In this document: positions 17,660-27,198 of the stretch, piece after piece
Layout: the number at the start of each line of letters is the position of its first letter
Numbering within the stretch: position 1 is the first letter of the stretch
From: Desulfobacterales bacterium
GTDB taxonomy: Bacteria > Desulfobacterota > Desulfobacteria > Desulfobacterales > UBA5616
NCBI GenBank assembly: GCA_046483495.1
Contig: JAWODC010000012.1
Location: forward strand, 1 to 40,325
DNA length: 40,325 nucleotides
Direction of reading: 5' to 3'
Translations under genes and position numbers: made by a program
The notes under the pieces: generated by a model
Database searches by the model: none
The model's input: only the letters and a program-made list of their open reading frames with translations
What the model was told of the DNA's origin: nothing

Positions 17660-19103
17660 CCGAATTCCCTTCTTTTTTTCGGTAAATCATATTCATGAAG
17701 GAAACCGCTTTTTCCTCCATTTGCGCAATCATATTTTCCGAACGCCGGGACACCAGGGTATGGCCGAACATGATCGGAATGGCCACCATTAACCCCAGCA
17801 TGGTGGTGACAAGGGCTTCTGAAATACCGCCCGACATCATTCGGGGGTCTCCGGTGCCGAAGAATGTAATGACGTGGAAGGTATTGATCATACCCGTAAC
17901 GGTCCCCAAAAGCCCTAATAAAGGAGCGACGGCGGCAAGCATTCCCAGCGTGGACAAGAACCTTTCCAGAGGTGGTATCTCCCGCAAAATGGATTCCTGC
18001 AGCGCATTTTCCATATCCTGCCGATTCATATGCCTGAAATCGATGCCGGTCGAGATCACATTGGCCAGGGGCTTGTCCTTTTGGTGACGGCAAATCGACC
18101 GGCAGGTCTCCCAATCATCTGATGAAATGCACCTGCGCAGCCGTGCCATGAATTTATCCGCATCGATTTTCTTTCGGGAAAGAAAAACCGTGCGTTCACC
18201 AAAGAGAACGACCGCTAAAACCAATATCCCCAGAATAGGCCACACTATCGGCCCGCCTTTGGCGATTTGATTCGAAAAATTCGTTGCATGGTTCAGCTGC
18301 CTCAGCGCTCCGCCTCTGGAGATGTCAATGGGAACGGCATCGGATTCACCGGCCATGTATGCCTTGATGCGTCGCCGAATATGCCACGACGGCAGATTGG
18401 AAAATGCATAAAACCGCTCATCCTGGGGGTCGAAATTTAAAAACCCGCATTCCTCCCCGGACCGGTAAGCCGCGGTAAAATTGCCAAGAATCAGAATGTC
18501 TGCGGCGGTCTCCTCTCCGGAACGGTCGATAATGGGGCAATGCTCGATTCGGACTTCTCCGGATCGTCGCATCTCATCGAAAAAAAGCGCCACCATCGCC
18601 GTCACATCCTCCATTCCCGGAAAGGAGGATTTGTCCATCAGCCTGTTCAAGTCTTCACCCCTGCCGGCAGATACGGCGCTTTGCAGACCCTGCTGAACGA
18701 GGGCATCGAGGTCTCGTGCATTCACCCGTATATGGCCGACCAGTTCACGAATAACGGCATCGACCTCCCCCAACTGATCCTTTAACGTTGTTTCTTCAAG
18801 CATCAGGTCGTCGCGCTCGGCAGCCAGGCGGGTATTTTCCGCTTCGAGAGAGGCGATGTTTTTTTCAAGCTCCGACAGGGCCGATGTGAGCGCCTTCCGA
18901 TCCGAAAAAATCCGCTGTCTGCTTTCCCGGGCTTCCGTTTCCGCCTGCTTTTTCTCATGCTCCAGCGCTTCGATCAGTGCAGCCTTCTTTTTTTCCGCCT
19001 CTTGCTCCCTCATACGCATATCTTCGGCATACAGCACACCGGCAAAAAGCCACATTGCCGTGAAAAGTCCAATCATCAGGTAATGTATAAACCGCATCAT
19101 CAT
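17649..19103 (-). CDS. Long ExbB-like protein with periplasmic coiled-coil N-terminus (TtpC-like)
   Basis: Signal peptide, coiled coil, then APLLGLLGTVTGMI...SGGISEALVTT. Confidence 0.88.
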   Translation of the reverse strand: MMMRFIHYLMIGLFTAMWLFAGVLYAEDMRMREQEAEKKKAALIEALEHEKKQAETEARESRQRIFSDRKALTSALSELEKNIASLEAENTRLAAERDDLMLEETTLKDQLGEVDAVIRELVGHIRVNARDLDALVQQGLQSAVSAGRGEDLNRLMDKSSFPGMEDVTAMVALFFDEMRRSGEVRIEHCPIIDRSGEETAADILILGNFTAAYRSGEECGFLNFDPQDERFYAFSNLPSWHIRRRIKAYMAGESDAVPIDISRGGALRQLNHATNFSNQIAKGGPIVWPILGILVLAVVLFGERTVFLSRKKIDADKFMARLRRCISSDDWETCRSICRHQKDKPLANVISTGIDFRHMNRQDMENALQESILREIPPLERFLSTLGMLAAVAPLLGLLGTVTGMINTFHVITFFGTGDPRMMSGGISEALVTTMLGLMVAIPIMFGHTLVSRRSENMIAQMEEKAVSFMNMIYRKKEGNSDDR

Positions 19104-19888
19104 TCGACCGCAATCTCCCCCAATGGCAGGTTGACGACTTCGATCGGCCGTCTTTTCGATGCCATTTCTATCGCCATTGTAATATCCTCATTAAATTTCG
19201 CCGGCAGAAAGCGCCATTGTTTTTCAAGCACGTCGTAATACCCGCTGTATTCTTGGTCAAGCGATTGAAAAAACAGGGATACCCGGCCCAACCGGAAGAT
19301 GCGTGCCTGCATCGGCCGCCCGGCCGCCTCGATCTTTTCCGAATACACTTCGACGGTATTTCCGTATTCCGCTTCGATAAGAACGGCTTCCATGGTCTTT
19401 CTGTATTTTTCACTGATGTCCAATTCCGGATCTGCCAGCATCGTGTCGAGGGCTTCGACACGTTTTGTTCGTTCCGCCATTAAAAAGGGGGATCCTGTAT
19501 TCACGATCCTTTTCAGACGATCGACCACCACTCGCAGATAGGGTTTTATTTCTTTCGAAATCCGTCCGGCATCCTTGATTCGCTTCGTGAGGGATGCGAT
19601 CTCGTCTTCGCGATAACGGATTTCCTTCGCGAGTTCTTCGTTTTGCTCCTGCAGATGCCCAAGCTTCTCCTCGAGCATCTCGTACCGGGCGGTAAGTTTT
19701 TCTTTTTCCGCCGCCCACTGATCTTCAGCCTCTTGAGTCCGGCGGCGGATATCGACGGTCCGCTCAACCGGACCCTTGATTTTTTCGGATAAGTCCTCGG
19801 CATTCACGACAGCAGCGGATAAAAAAATCACGGCCGCCGGAACTAAAATGCCCATTACCGGGATACCGAACAGTTGGTATTTTCGCAT
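19100..19888 (-). CDS. DUF3450-family periplasmic coiled-coil protein
   Basis: Signal peptide, coiled coil, PFLMAERTKRV, EKYRKTMEA..IEAEYG, FRLGRVSL; first gene of the TonB block. Confidence 0.82.
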   Translation of the reverse strand: MRKYQLFGIPVMGILVPAAVIFLSAAVVNAEDLSEKIKGPVERTVDIRRRTQEAEDQWAAEKEKLTARYEMLEEKLGHLQEQNEELAKEIRYREDEIASLTKRIKDAGRISKEIKPYLRVVVDRLKRIVNTGSPFLMAERTKRVEALDTMLADPELDISEKYRKTMEAVLIEAEYGNTVEVYSEKIEAAGRPMQARIFRLGRVSLFFQSLDQEYSGYYDVLEKQWRFLPAKFNEDITMAIEMASKRRPIEVVNLPLGEIAVE

Positions 19889-19990
19889 TGAAACTCCTTA
19901 AAAAAAACAAAGATGTACACTTGACCTTGCCTTCAAACTGCTTCATAACATACATTATCATTGCCGTCATGCGCAATAGAACCGAATCGT

Positions 19991-20866
19991 ATGGATACTT
20001 CGACAAAAATGCAATACCATGAAAATCACGCGATTCTCCTTCAAAAGGTACAAAAAATACTTTATGATAGAAGAAAACGTCAACCGGAAATGTTTACGGA
20101 TCACGTGCATGGTGTTCTGGATCAGTCCGCCGTACTGGTTCCCATCGGTCCCAACTGCATCAACAGCGAAGAACCGGCGGACCTGTGCCTGATATTGAAC
20201 AAAAGGAGCAAAAATGTCCGGCAGGCCGGTGATCTCTGTTTTCCCGGAGGGGGTGTTTCACCGAACCTCGACCGATTATTGGCCAACCTGCTCAAATTCC
20301 CCTTAACGCCGCTCACCCGATGGAAATTCTGGACCCGGTGCCGGAAGCGGTCGCCCGCTCAGGCGTATAAACTTTCGATTCTGTTCGCCGCCAGCCTGCG
20401 GGAAAGCTTCGAAGAGATGCGTGTCAATCCCCTGCATGTGAGATTTCTCGGAACGCTGAACCCCTATCGACTGGCCATGCAAAATCGTTTTATTTTTCCT
20501 ATGGTTGGGTGGCTGCCGAAACAGAAGAGGTTCCTGCACAACTGGGAAGTGGAAAAAATCGTATACATACCTGTTCGGCGTTTGTTGAATCCGGAAAACC
20601 ATGCGATGTTCAAGCTGAGCATTGCCGGCAACCAGGCATCCTCGCTGAACCGTTTTCCTTTGCTGCATCCGGGTTATCTGCACGAATCCGAAGGGGAAAT
20701 CGACTTGTTGTGGGGGGCGACCTATCGCATTGCCATGGACTTTCTATCCGTAATCTTCGACTATAATCCCCCGCCGCCCAACCGTTCGGCAACGATCGAT
20801 TGGGTGTTGGATGAAAATTATTTTAACGGCACACCCAGGTTTAAAAAGGTGTCCATACGCAAATAG
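19991..20866 (+). CDS. CoA-pyrophosphatase-like Nudix hydrolase (start uncertain)
   Basis: SAVLVP, LNKRS..VRQAGDLCFPGG, LRESFEEM, NWEVEKI, LWGATYRI. Confidence 0.8.
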   Translation: MDTSTKMQYHENHAILLQKVQKILYDRRKRQPEMFTDHVHGVLDQSAVLVPIGPNCINSEEPADLCLILNKRSKNVRQAGDLCFPGGGVSPNLDRLLANLLKFPLTPLTRWKFWTRCRKRSPAQAYKLSILFAASLRESFEEMRVNPLHVRFLGTLNPYRLAMQNRFIFPMVGWLPKQKRFLHNWEVEKIVYIPVRRLLNPENHAMFKLSIAGNQASSLNRFPLLHPGYLHESEGEIDLLWGATYRIAMDFLSVIFDYNPPPPNRSATIDWVLDENYFNGTPRFKKVSIRK

Positions 20867-20911
20867 CGATCCGGAACAAAGGATGGGCGCCGACAGATGT
20901 AAGGAGACGCT

Positions 20912-22312
20912 ATGCCAAGCAAACACGCAAAAACGTTCGGAGATCTTAAAAAACAAGTCCGGCGGCTGCCCGGTGTCAGAGAAGAGATGCGGTCGAACCT
21001 GATCAGGAAGCTGAAGAATAAAGAACCGATTTTTTCCGACATCATCGGGTATGACGACACCGTAATACCCGGTTTAATCAACGCACTACTGTGCGGCCAC
21101 AATATCATACTCCTCGGCGAAAGAGGACAGGGGAAAAGCCGCATTATTCGTAACATGGTGGACTTTTTAGATGACGAAATGCCGGCTGTCGAAGGTTGCC
21201 CCATTCACGACGACCCCTTCGATCCGATATGCACCCAGTGTCGCAGCAAGGCCGCTGAAATGGGGGACGCTCTTCCCATTACCTATATCCCCAAAGATCG
21301 GCGGCTGGTTGAAAAACTGGCGACTTCCGATGTCAGCACAGCAGACCTCATCGGTGAAATCGATCCGATCAAAATTGCACGAGGCAGGACTCTCGATGAT
21401 GAATCCGCCATACATTTCGGCCTTGTTCCCCGAGCCCACCGGAGCATTTTCGCGATCAATGAACTGCCGGACCTGGCGGAAAAAATCCAGGTGGCCTTTT
21501 TCAATATCATGGAAGAAAGCGATTTCCAGATCAAGGGCTTTCCTGTCCGGCTGCCGCTCGACATCTTCATCATCGCCACGGCAAACCCGGAGGATTATAC
21601 CAATCGCGGCCGGATTATTACACCGCTGAAGGACCGATTCGACGTCCAACTCAGAACGCATTATCCCAAGGAGCGAACCTACGAAATCCGTATCATGGAA
21701 CAGGAAGCCGAAAAATACGAAATCGACGGCATAAAGGTGAAAATCCCGGATTACATCAAGGAAATTCTTGCTGAAATCACGTTTCAGGCACGAAAGAGCA
21801 CCGACATCAATCAACATTCCGGGGTCAGCTGCCGGGTCTCCATCCGAAGCTATGAAGCCATGGTTGGAAATGCCGTTAAGCGCTGCCTGATGGTGGGCGA
21901 AACCGAAGCCGTCCCCCGAATCACCGACCTGGAAGCCGCTTTTCCCGCCATTTCGGGAAAAGTCGAGTTGGAGTATGAAGTTGCCGATGCGGCGGGACGG
22001 GACATCCTGGAAAAACTGACCCAACGTGCGGTCAAAATCATTTTTGACCAACATTTCAAATCTGAAGATCTCTCCCCGGTGGTGAATTCCTTCAAAAACG
22101 ACATGTCCGCTGAAATTTCAAGTGAGCAGCCTTCCGAAGATTATATGGACGGTTTTCACGTGATCGAAGGTTTGAAGGATGCCGTTCGCCACCTCGTCAA
22201 ACCGGATGAGCCCGCCCTTGCCGCCTCAGCGATCGAATTTATTCTCGAAGGGCTTCATCTGTCCAACAAACTAAACCGTGAAGTATCGCAAAAAGGGATA
22301 CGATACCGATGA
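20912..22312 (+). CDS. Mg-chelatase-like (ChlI/MoxR-related) AAA+ ATPase
   Basis: Walker A GERGQGKS, Walker B IFAINELPDL, ATANPEDYTNRGRIITPLKDRF. Confidence 0.88.
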   Translation: MPSKHAKTFGDLKKQVRRLPGVREEMRSNLIRKLKNKEPIFSDIIGYDDTVIPGLINALLCGHNIILLGERGQGKSRIIRNMVDFLDDEMPAVEGCPIHDDPFDPICTQCRSKAAEMGDALPITYIPKDRRLVEKLATSDVSTADLIGEIDPIKIARGRTLDDESAIHFGLVPRAHRSIFAINELPDLAEKIQVAFFNIMEESDFQIKGFPVRLPLDIFIIATANPEDYTNRGRIITPLKDRFDVQLRTHYPKERTYEIRIMEQEAEKYEIDGIKVKIPDYIKEILAEITFQARKSTDINQHSGVSCRVSIRSYEAMVGNAVKRCLMVGETEAVPRITDLEAAFPAISGKVELEYEVADAAGRDILEKLTQRAVKIIFDQHFKSEDLSPVVNSFKNDMSAEISSEQPSEDYMDGFHVIEGLKDAVRHLVKPDEPALAASAIEFILEGLHLSNKLNREVSQKGIRYR

Positions 22313-23901
22313 AATTTTTTATCTACAAAAAATGGGACGGCTCCCAATCGCCTTTCAGCCTCGATAAAAAAGAGATTGTGGACCGTTTTATGGATAATAT
22401 TCTCAAGGGCTTGAGTCCCAATATGGCAATGGCCCAAATGTTCTGGAACGGCTTTCCCATGGCGGGGATGAATTTTCGGGTCATGGGGCTCTCCGAAATG
22501 ATTCAGGAGCTCGAGCAGCGCAAATCCGACCTCCTGTCCCGGTTTCACCTTGAAAACGCATTCGACATGCCCATGGAGGATCTGAAATACCTGCTCGGAG
22601 ATGAGGCCATGACACGAATGCAGAAGAAAATGCCGGCGCCGCCCTCATATGAATCCCTTCCCCCGGGCCTGGTGGAAAAGTTGAGCGACCTCGCCGATTT
22701 CGATTTTGAAAATCCCGAAAGCAGACGCCTGTTTGACCACTGGAAAAGCCGTGAAGACGATATTTTCGATCTGTATGATTTCTATGGCCGATTCGCCGAT
22801 CAATTCACCGGTGAAGAACCGCTGGATTTCGATCAGGCGGTTGACATCATGCGGCAGATGGAATCCCTTGAAAAGCTGCAGCAGCAGCTTTTAAGCGGCC
22901 GGATTTCCAAGGTCGATTTAAAAGAGCTGGCCCGGCAACTTGGTGACGAGGCCCGGCAATCCATGACCATTCTCCTCCAGCTGCCGAATATCATTTCGGA
23001 TGAAGGCGTGGCCGATTTCAACAAAAAAACCGGCTTTAACATGACGCCCAAAGGAATGCGGGCCCTCGGCGAATCCGCTTTCGGCAAACTCTACCATCAT
23101 GCCCGAAAGGACAGGGCCGGCGGCCAGCCGGGCGACGCCCCCCAGTCCGGCGAAATCGAGCCGGATTCCTCCCGGCCGTATGAATACGGGGACCGGATGG
23201 ATCTGGATATTACCCGGACGATTCTGAGTGCCGTGCAGAAGCATTCATTTGCCGACGGTGAAGTCCGCTTGTCTCATGAAGATATGTACATCCGCGAGCG
23301 GGAACGGCATGTGACGTCAACCACGGTGATTCTGCTGGACCTTTCCTGGTCCATGTCCTGGGAAGGCCGCTTCGAAGCCGGAAAGAAAGTGGCCCTGGCG
23401 CTGGACCATTACATTCGCACCCGGTTTCCGAAAGACAAATTTTATGTCGTGGGCTTTTCAACCGAGGCCCGGGAATTGAGAGGCAACGAACTGGCGCTTT
23501 GCGTGTGGGATGCCGATCGGCCCTATACGAATCTTCAGGGCGGGCTGAGGCTCGCCATGCAGCTGATCAAGAAAAGCGGAAACCGGAACAACCGGGTGCT
23601 GGTCATCACGGACGGTCAGCCGACGGCCTATTACGAAGAAAACCGGTTGTACGTCGAACTGCCGGACGGCATGTTCGGCCTCAGCCCAAATGCCTGCAAA
23701 GCCACCCTTGCCGAAGTCAGGAAGGTGACCGCCCAGGGAATGCACATCGAAACCTTTATGCTGGACAACAATCCGGTCCTGGTCGAATTCACCCATTCGA
23801 TTGCCAAAATCAACCACGGCAGAGCCGTTCTTTGCGTACCCAATGAGCTCGGTGAGTTGATTCTCGTGGAGGAAATCAAGCGCAGGCGGGGAAAAATATA
23901 G
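22309..23901 (+). CDS. VWA-domain protein, partner of the AAA+ ATPase
   Basis: MIDAS elements LLDLSWSM, YTNLQ, VITDGQPTA; ATGA overlap with the ATPase. Confidence 0.88.
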   Translation: MKFFIYKKWDGSQSPFSLDKKEIVDRFMDNILKGLSPNMAMAQMFWNGFPMAGMNFRVMGLSEMIQELEQRKSDLLSRFHLENAFDMPMEDLKYLLGDEAMTRMQKKMPAPPSYESLPPGLVEKLSDLADFDFENPESRRLFDHWKSREDDIFDLYDFYGRFADQFTGEEPLDFDQAVDIMRQMESLEKLQQQLLSGRISKVDLKELARQLGDEARQSMTILLQLPNIISDEGVADFNKKTGFNMTPKGMRALGESAFGKLYHHARKDRAGGQPGDAPQSGEIEPDSSRPYEYGDRMDLDITRTILSAVQKHSFADGEVRLSHEDMYIRERERHVTSTTVILLDLSWSMSWEGRFEAGKKVALALDHYIRTRFPKDKFYVVGFSTEARELRGNELALCVWDADRPYTNLQGGLRLAMQLIKKSGNRNNRVLVITDGQPTAYYEENRLYVELPDGMFGLSPNACKATLAEVRKVTAQGMHIETFMLDNNPVLVEFTHSIAKINHGRAVLCVPNELGELILVEEIKRRRGKI

Positions 23902-24099
23902 TTTCGGCGCACCGGCCGCAAGCCTGCAGACTGCCGATTCCGCATCTCTCTACTCCCGCCCATGGTTTGCCTGATGTAATAAGTGCCCATCACCTCCCGC
24001 AGATCTTGTTGTTGACACGGATAGAGGCAATTTGATAGGTGAACCTTACGAAATTATTCGTTTTCCGTGATTTTGTATCAACACCTTGCGGGAGAATTC

Positions 24100-25548
24100 A
24101 TGTATCGCGAAAATTATATCGATTCGCTTCGATCGGAAATATTGGAAATGGTGGCGGAAAAGCTCACACCCGTCGCCCTGAAATACGGGTACAGCGACTC
24201 GCCGCTGGAAACCAATATTAAATGGCGCCCGCTCGTGCTGGTGCTGGGAAATTATTCTTCCGGAAAATCGACGCTGATCAATGAATTTTTAGAAGCGGAT
24301 GTCCAGGCTGCGGGCCAGGCCCCTACGGATGATTCGTTTACGATTTTAACCTACGACGACTCGGTTGAAAACGAGAATACGATTCGGACGGTTGAAGAGC
24401 GGGACGGAAAGTTTCTGCTCAATGATCCGGAATACCCCTTTGAATCGTTAAGAAAACATGGACAGCGTTTTGCTTCCCATTTCCGGCTGAAAAAAATCAA
24501 TTCACCGTTTCTAAAAAATATTGCCGTCATCGATACCCCCGGTATGCTGGACAGCATTACCGAACGGGACAGGGGATACAACTACCAGGAGGTTATCGGA
24601 GACTTCGCCCATATCGCCGACCTGGTGCTGGTGCTGTTCGACCCCCACAAGGCCGGGACCGTACGGGAAGCCTATATGAGCCTTCGGAAAACCCTCCCCG
24701 ACAGGACATTTGAAGATCGGATACTGTATGTTCTCAACCGGGTGGATGAATGCGAATCCTTGATCGATCTGCTGCGGGTATACGGGACATTATGCTGGAA
24801 TCTCTCCCAGATGACCGGCAGAAAAGATATCCCTATGATCCATCTTACCTATTCCCCGCGAGCTGCGAAAAAGTCTCACCGCAACCAGGTTCCGGAATTG
24901 CATTTTCTGGACCATCTTGAAAATCAACGGGAGGATCTGAGAGAAGCTATACTGCAGGCGCCCCGGCACCGCCTGGACAACCTGGCCGCATTTGTCGAGG
25001 TTCATGGAGAGCGGCTGTCCCACCTGCTCGAAGGACTGATCAATTACCGTCTGATGCTGAAAAAGGCTATTGTCAAATACTCGATTACCGGCCTGATTAC
25101 CAGTCTCGTTATCGGGGCCGCGTCGGTTCCGGCAATGATGGCAAGCCCGACATTCGAGGCGATCGACACGCGTGTTCTTTGGGGGTTCGGCGGCATGGCG
25201 GCACTGATTCTGTTCTTGTTGTGGATGACCGTCATTCGAAAGTACGTTCAGAACCGGTTCTTTCGAAATGCGCTGAAGCATTTAGACAACTTAACCGGCC
25301 TGTATACACAGACCCGGCGGGACAGCTGGCAATCGGTGCGGCACTTGGTGGAAAAATACCTGAAAAAAACCCGAGGTCGTTACCGCGTAAAGGAAGTGAA
25401 ACGGGAATATGCCGAAATCCGGCGCGTTTTTGACCGCGGAGCCCGGGAAATTCGGGAAGCCTTGAATGAATTATCCGCTATTCGTCACGATCCGGTCGAT
25501 TACACGCAAACGGAAAACGCCGGCCGAATGGAATATGAACACGTTTAG
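24100..25548 (+). CDS. Dynamin-superfamily EHD-like NTPase with two predicted TM helices
   Basis: GNYSSGKS, PTDDSF, IDTPG, RGY, VLNRVD; ATG 24100 has a GGAG RBS. Confidence 0.87.
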   Translation: MYRENYIDSLRSEILEMVAEKLTPVALKYGYSDSPLETNIKWRPLVLVLGNYSSGKSTLINEFLEADVQAAGQAPTDDSFTILTYDDSVENENTIRTVEERDGKFLLNDPEYPFESLRKHGQRFASHFRLKKINSPFLKNIAVIDTPGMLDSITERDRGYNYQEVIGDFAHIADLVLVLFDPHKAGTVREAYMSLRKTLPDRTFEDRILYVLNRVDECESLIDLLRVYGTLCWNLSQMTGRKDIPMIHLTYSPRAAKKSHRNQVPELHFLDHLENQREDLREAILQAPRHRLDNLAAFVEVHGERLSHLLEGLINYRLMLKKAIVKYSITGLITSLVIGAASVPAMMASPTFEAIDTRVLWGFGGMAALILFLLWMTVIRKYVQNRFFRNALKHLDNLTGLYTQTRRDSWQSVRHLVEKYLKKTRGRYRVKEVKREYAEIRRVFDRGAREIREALNELSAIRHDPVDYTQTENAGRMEYEHV

Positions 25549-26114
25549 TGGTCCAACTCTACGGTTATCGGGGCTGCTTTGGTGATCGTGTTGAAAACCG
25601 GTGAATATTTCTGAGCCATCCTGATCAGCTCTTTCTTCTCTTCGTCAGAGATATCCGCCTCGATGGTGAAATAAACGCGGATGGACTGGTAACCCACCGG
25701 AACATCTTCCGACAATCCGAGAAATCCCTGAAGGTCGATATCCCCCTCGTATCGGGATTCGACGCCCTTGATCACGATTTTCCGGGCGGCTGCATGGGCA
25801 ATCAAGCTCGTTGTCAAGCAACCGGACAAGGCCACGAGAAGATGTTCAACCGGATTGGTGCCCAGGTTTTTACCCAGAAGCGAAGGTGGTTCATCCATGC
25901 TGAAGACCTCGGTATCTCGTGAATGATCCTCCTTGAGAGCACCGTAAAAGTCTTTTACGCTGGCCTGGCTGTGTGTTCCATCAATCCAGGTGTTTCGGGA
26001 CCGAAACTCGAATTTGGCGATTTCCGGTTCCTCTTTAATCCGTTCGATCATCGTAAAGAGGGTTTCGATGTTGATGCCGTTTACGATCTTGCTGTTAACC
26101 ATGGTCAATTCCAT
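25545..26114 (-). CDS. OsmC-family protein
   Basis: DEPPSLLG...NPVEHLLVALSGCL, GDIDLQGFLG, KYSPVFNTI. Confidence 0.88.
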   Translation of the reverse strand: MELTMVNSKIVNGINIETLFTMIERIKEEPEIAKFEFRSRNTWIDGTHSQASVKDFYGALKEDHSRDTEVFSMDEPPSLLGKNLGTNPVEHLLVALSGCLTTSLIAHAAARKIVIKGVESRYEGDIDLQGFLGLSEDVPVGYQSIRVYFTIEADISDEEKKELIRMAQKYSPVFNTITKAAPITVELDH

Positions 26115-26223
26115 TTCAGGCTTTTTCCCGTTCGTACAGTCCGAGTATTTTATAAGAAATGCATTGAGCCAAACCGAAAAACAGCTGCTCTGCTTCGGGT
26201 TGGTCCATGGCGGCTGCCGCCGT

Positions 26224-26982
26224 CTAGTGCAGAATCACCTTCGACAGATCCGGGACTACGACATCGGCCCCGAATTCCATAAGCTTATCAGCCTGATGCG
26301 CCCGGTCGACACCGATCACCAAACCGAATTTTCCCTTTCTTCCCGCCATCACCCCGGAAATGGCGTCCTCCACCACAACGGCGCGTGCCGGCTCAACCGA
26401 AAGGCGCTGAGCGGCCGCCTCGAAAATATCCGGTTCGGGTTTGCCTTTCAACCCCAGCTTTGACGATTCCACGCCGTCTATTTTAACATCGAATAAGTGG
26501 AGAATGCCGACGAGTTCGAGAATGGTGGTGCAATTCTTGCTGGAGGAAATAATAGCGGTGTGCACGTTGTGTTTTCGCAACAATTGAATGAGCTCGATCG
26601 TGGAGTCATATACTTTGATATCGTCCTTATTCAAGAATTGCTGAAACATGAAGTTTTTTTTATTGCCGATGCCGCATATGGTTTCCCGGTCCGGCGGATC
26701 ATCAGGCGACCCATAAGGAAGGGTGATGCCCCGAGAGGCCAAAAAGTTTTTAACCCCGTCATACCGCGGCATGCCGTCGACGTACCGGGTGTAGTCCGTC
26801 CGGATGTCAAAGGGTTCAAATGGTTTTGCTTCTGTTGACCTTTGCTGCAAATAGTCATCGAATGTCTTTTTCCACGCGGATGCGTGAATACCGGCGGTAT
26901 CGGTCACGACCCCGTCCAGGTCGAAAATGAACGCATCGTATTCAGTAGAAGAAATTTTTAGAATGTCACTGGCACCCTGCAT
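26224..26982 (-). CDS. HAD hydrolase, beta-phosphoglucomutase-like
   Basis: FDLDGVVTDTA, SSSKN, GKPEPDIF, VVEDAISGV. Confidence 0.9.
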   Translation of the reverse strand: MQGASDILKISSTEYDAFIFDLDGVVTDTAGIHASAWKKTFDDYLQQRSTEAKPFEPFDIRTDYTRYVDGMPRYDGVKNFLASRGITLPYGSPDDPPDRETICGIGNKKNFMFQQFLNKDDIKVYDSTIELIQLLRKHNVHTAIISSSKNCTTILELVGILHLFDVKIDGVESSKLGLKGKPEPDIFEAAAQRLSVEPARAVVVEDAISGVMAGRKGKFGLVIGVDRAHQADKLMEFGADVVVPDLSKVILH

Positions 26983-27198
26983 GTCGGTCCGGCGGCTATA
27001 GGTGATGTTCTTTTCGGCATCGCATAAAAAGCGGTGATTACCGAAAGGGAGCGGGTCTTGAATTCGCCTCCTTTTGCCCGAAAACTATAAAGAATGGCCG
27101 CAGATTTTAAAATACGGTCCATCATGTATTTGAAATCGGATTTGTATACCGCAGCCGGGCGGATGTCACTGTGGCATTAAGAATACATGAAAGCGGCA

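Noticed and set aside
21167..22054. 295-aa minus-strand ORF (similarly 38705-39664, 28205-28903, 15562-16239)
   Set aside because: Antisense shadows of well-supported genes
20912..22312. Photosynthetic Mg-chelatase or sigma54 activator call
   Set aside because: No chlH/bchH gene nearby, no GAFTGA loop and no HTH domain
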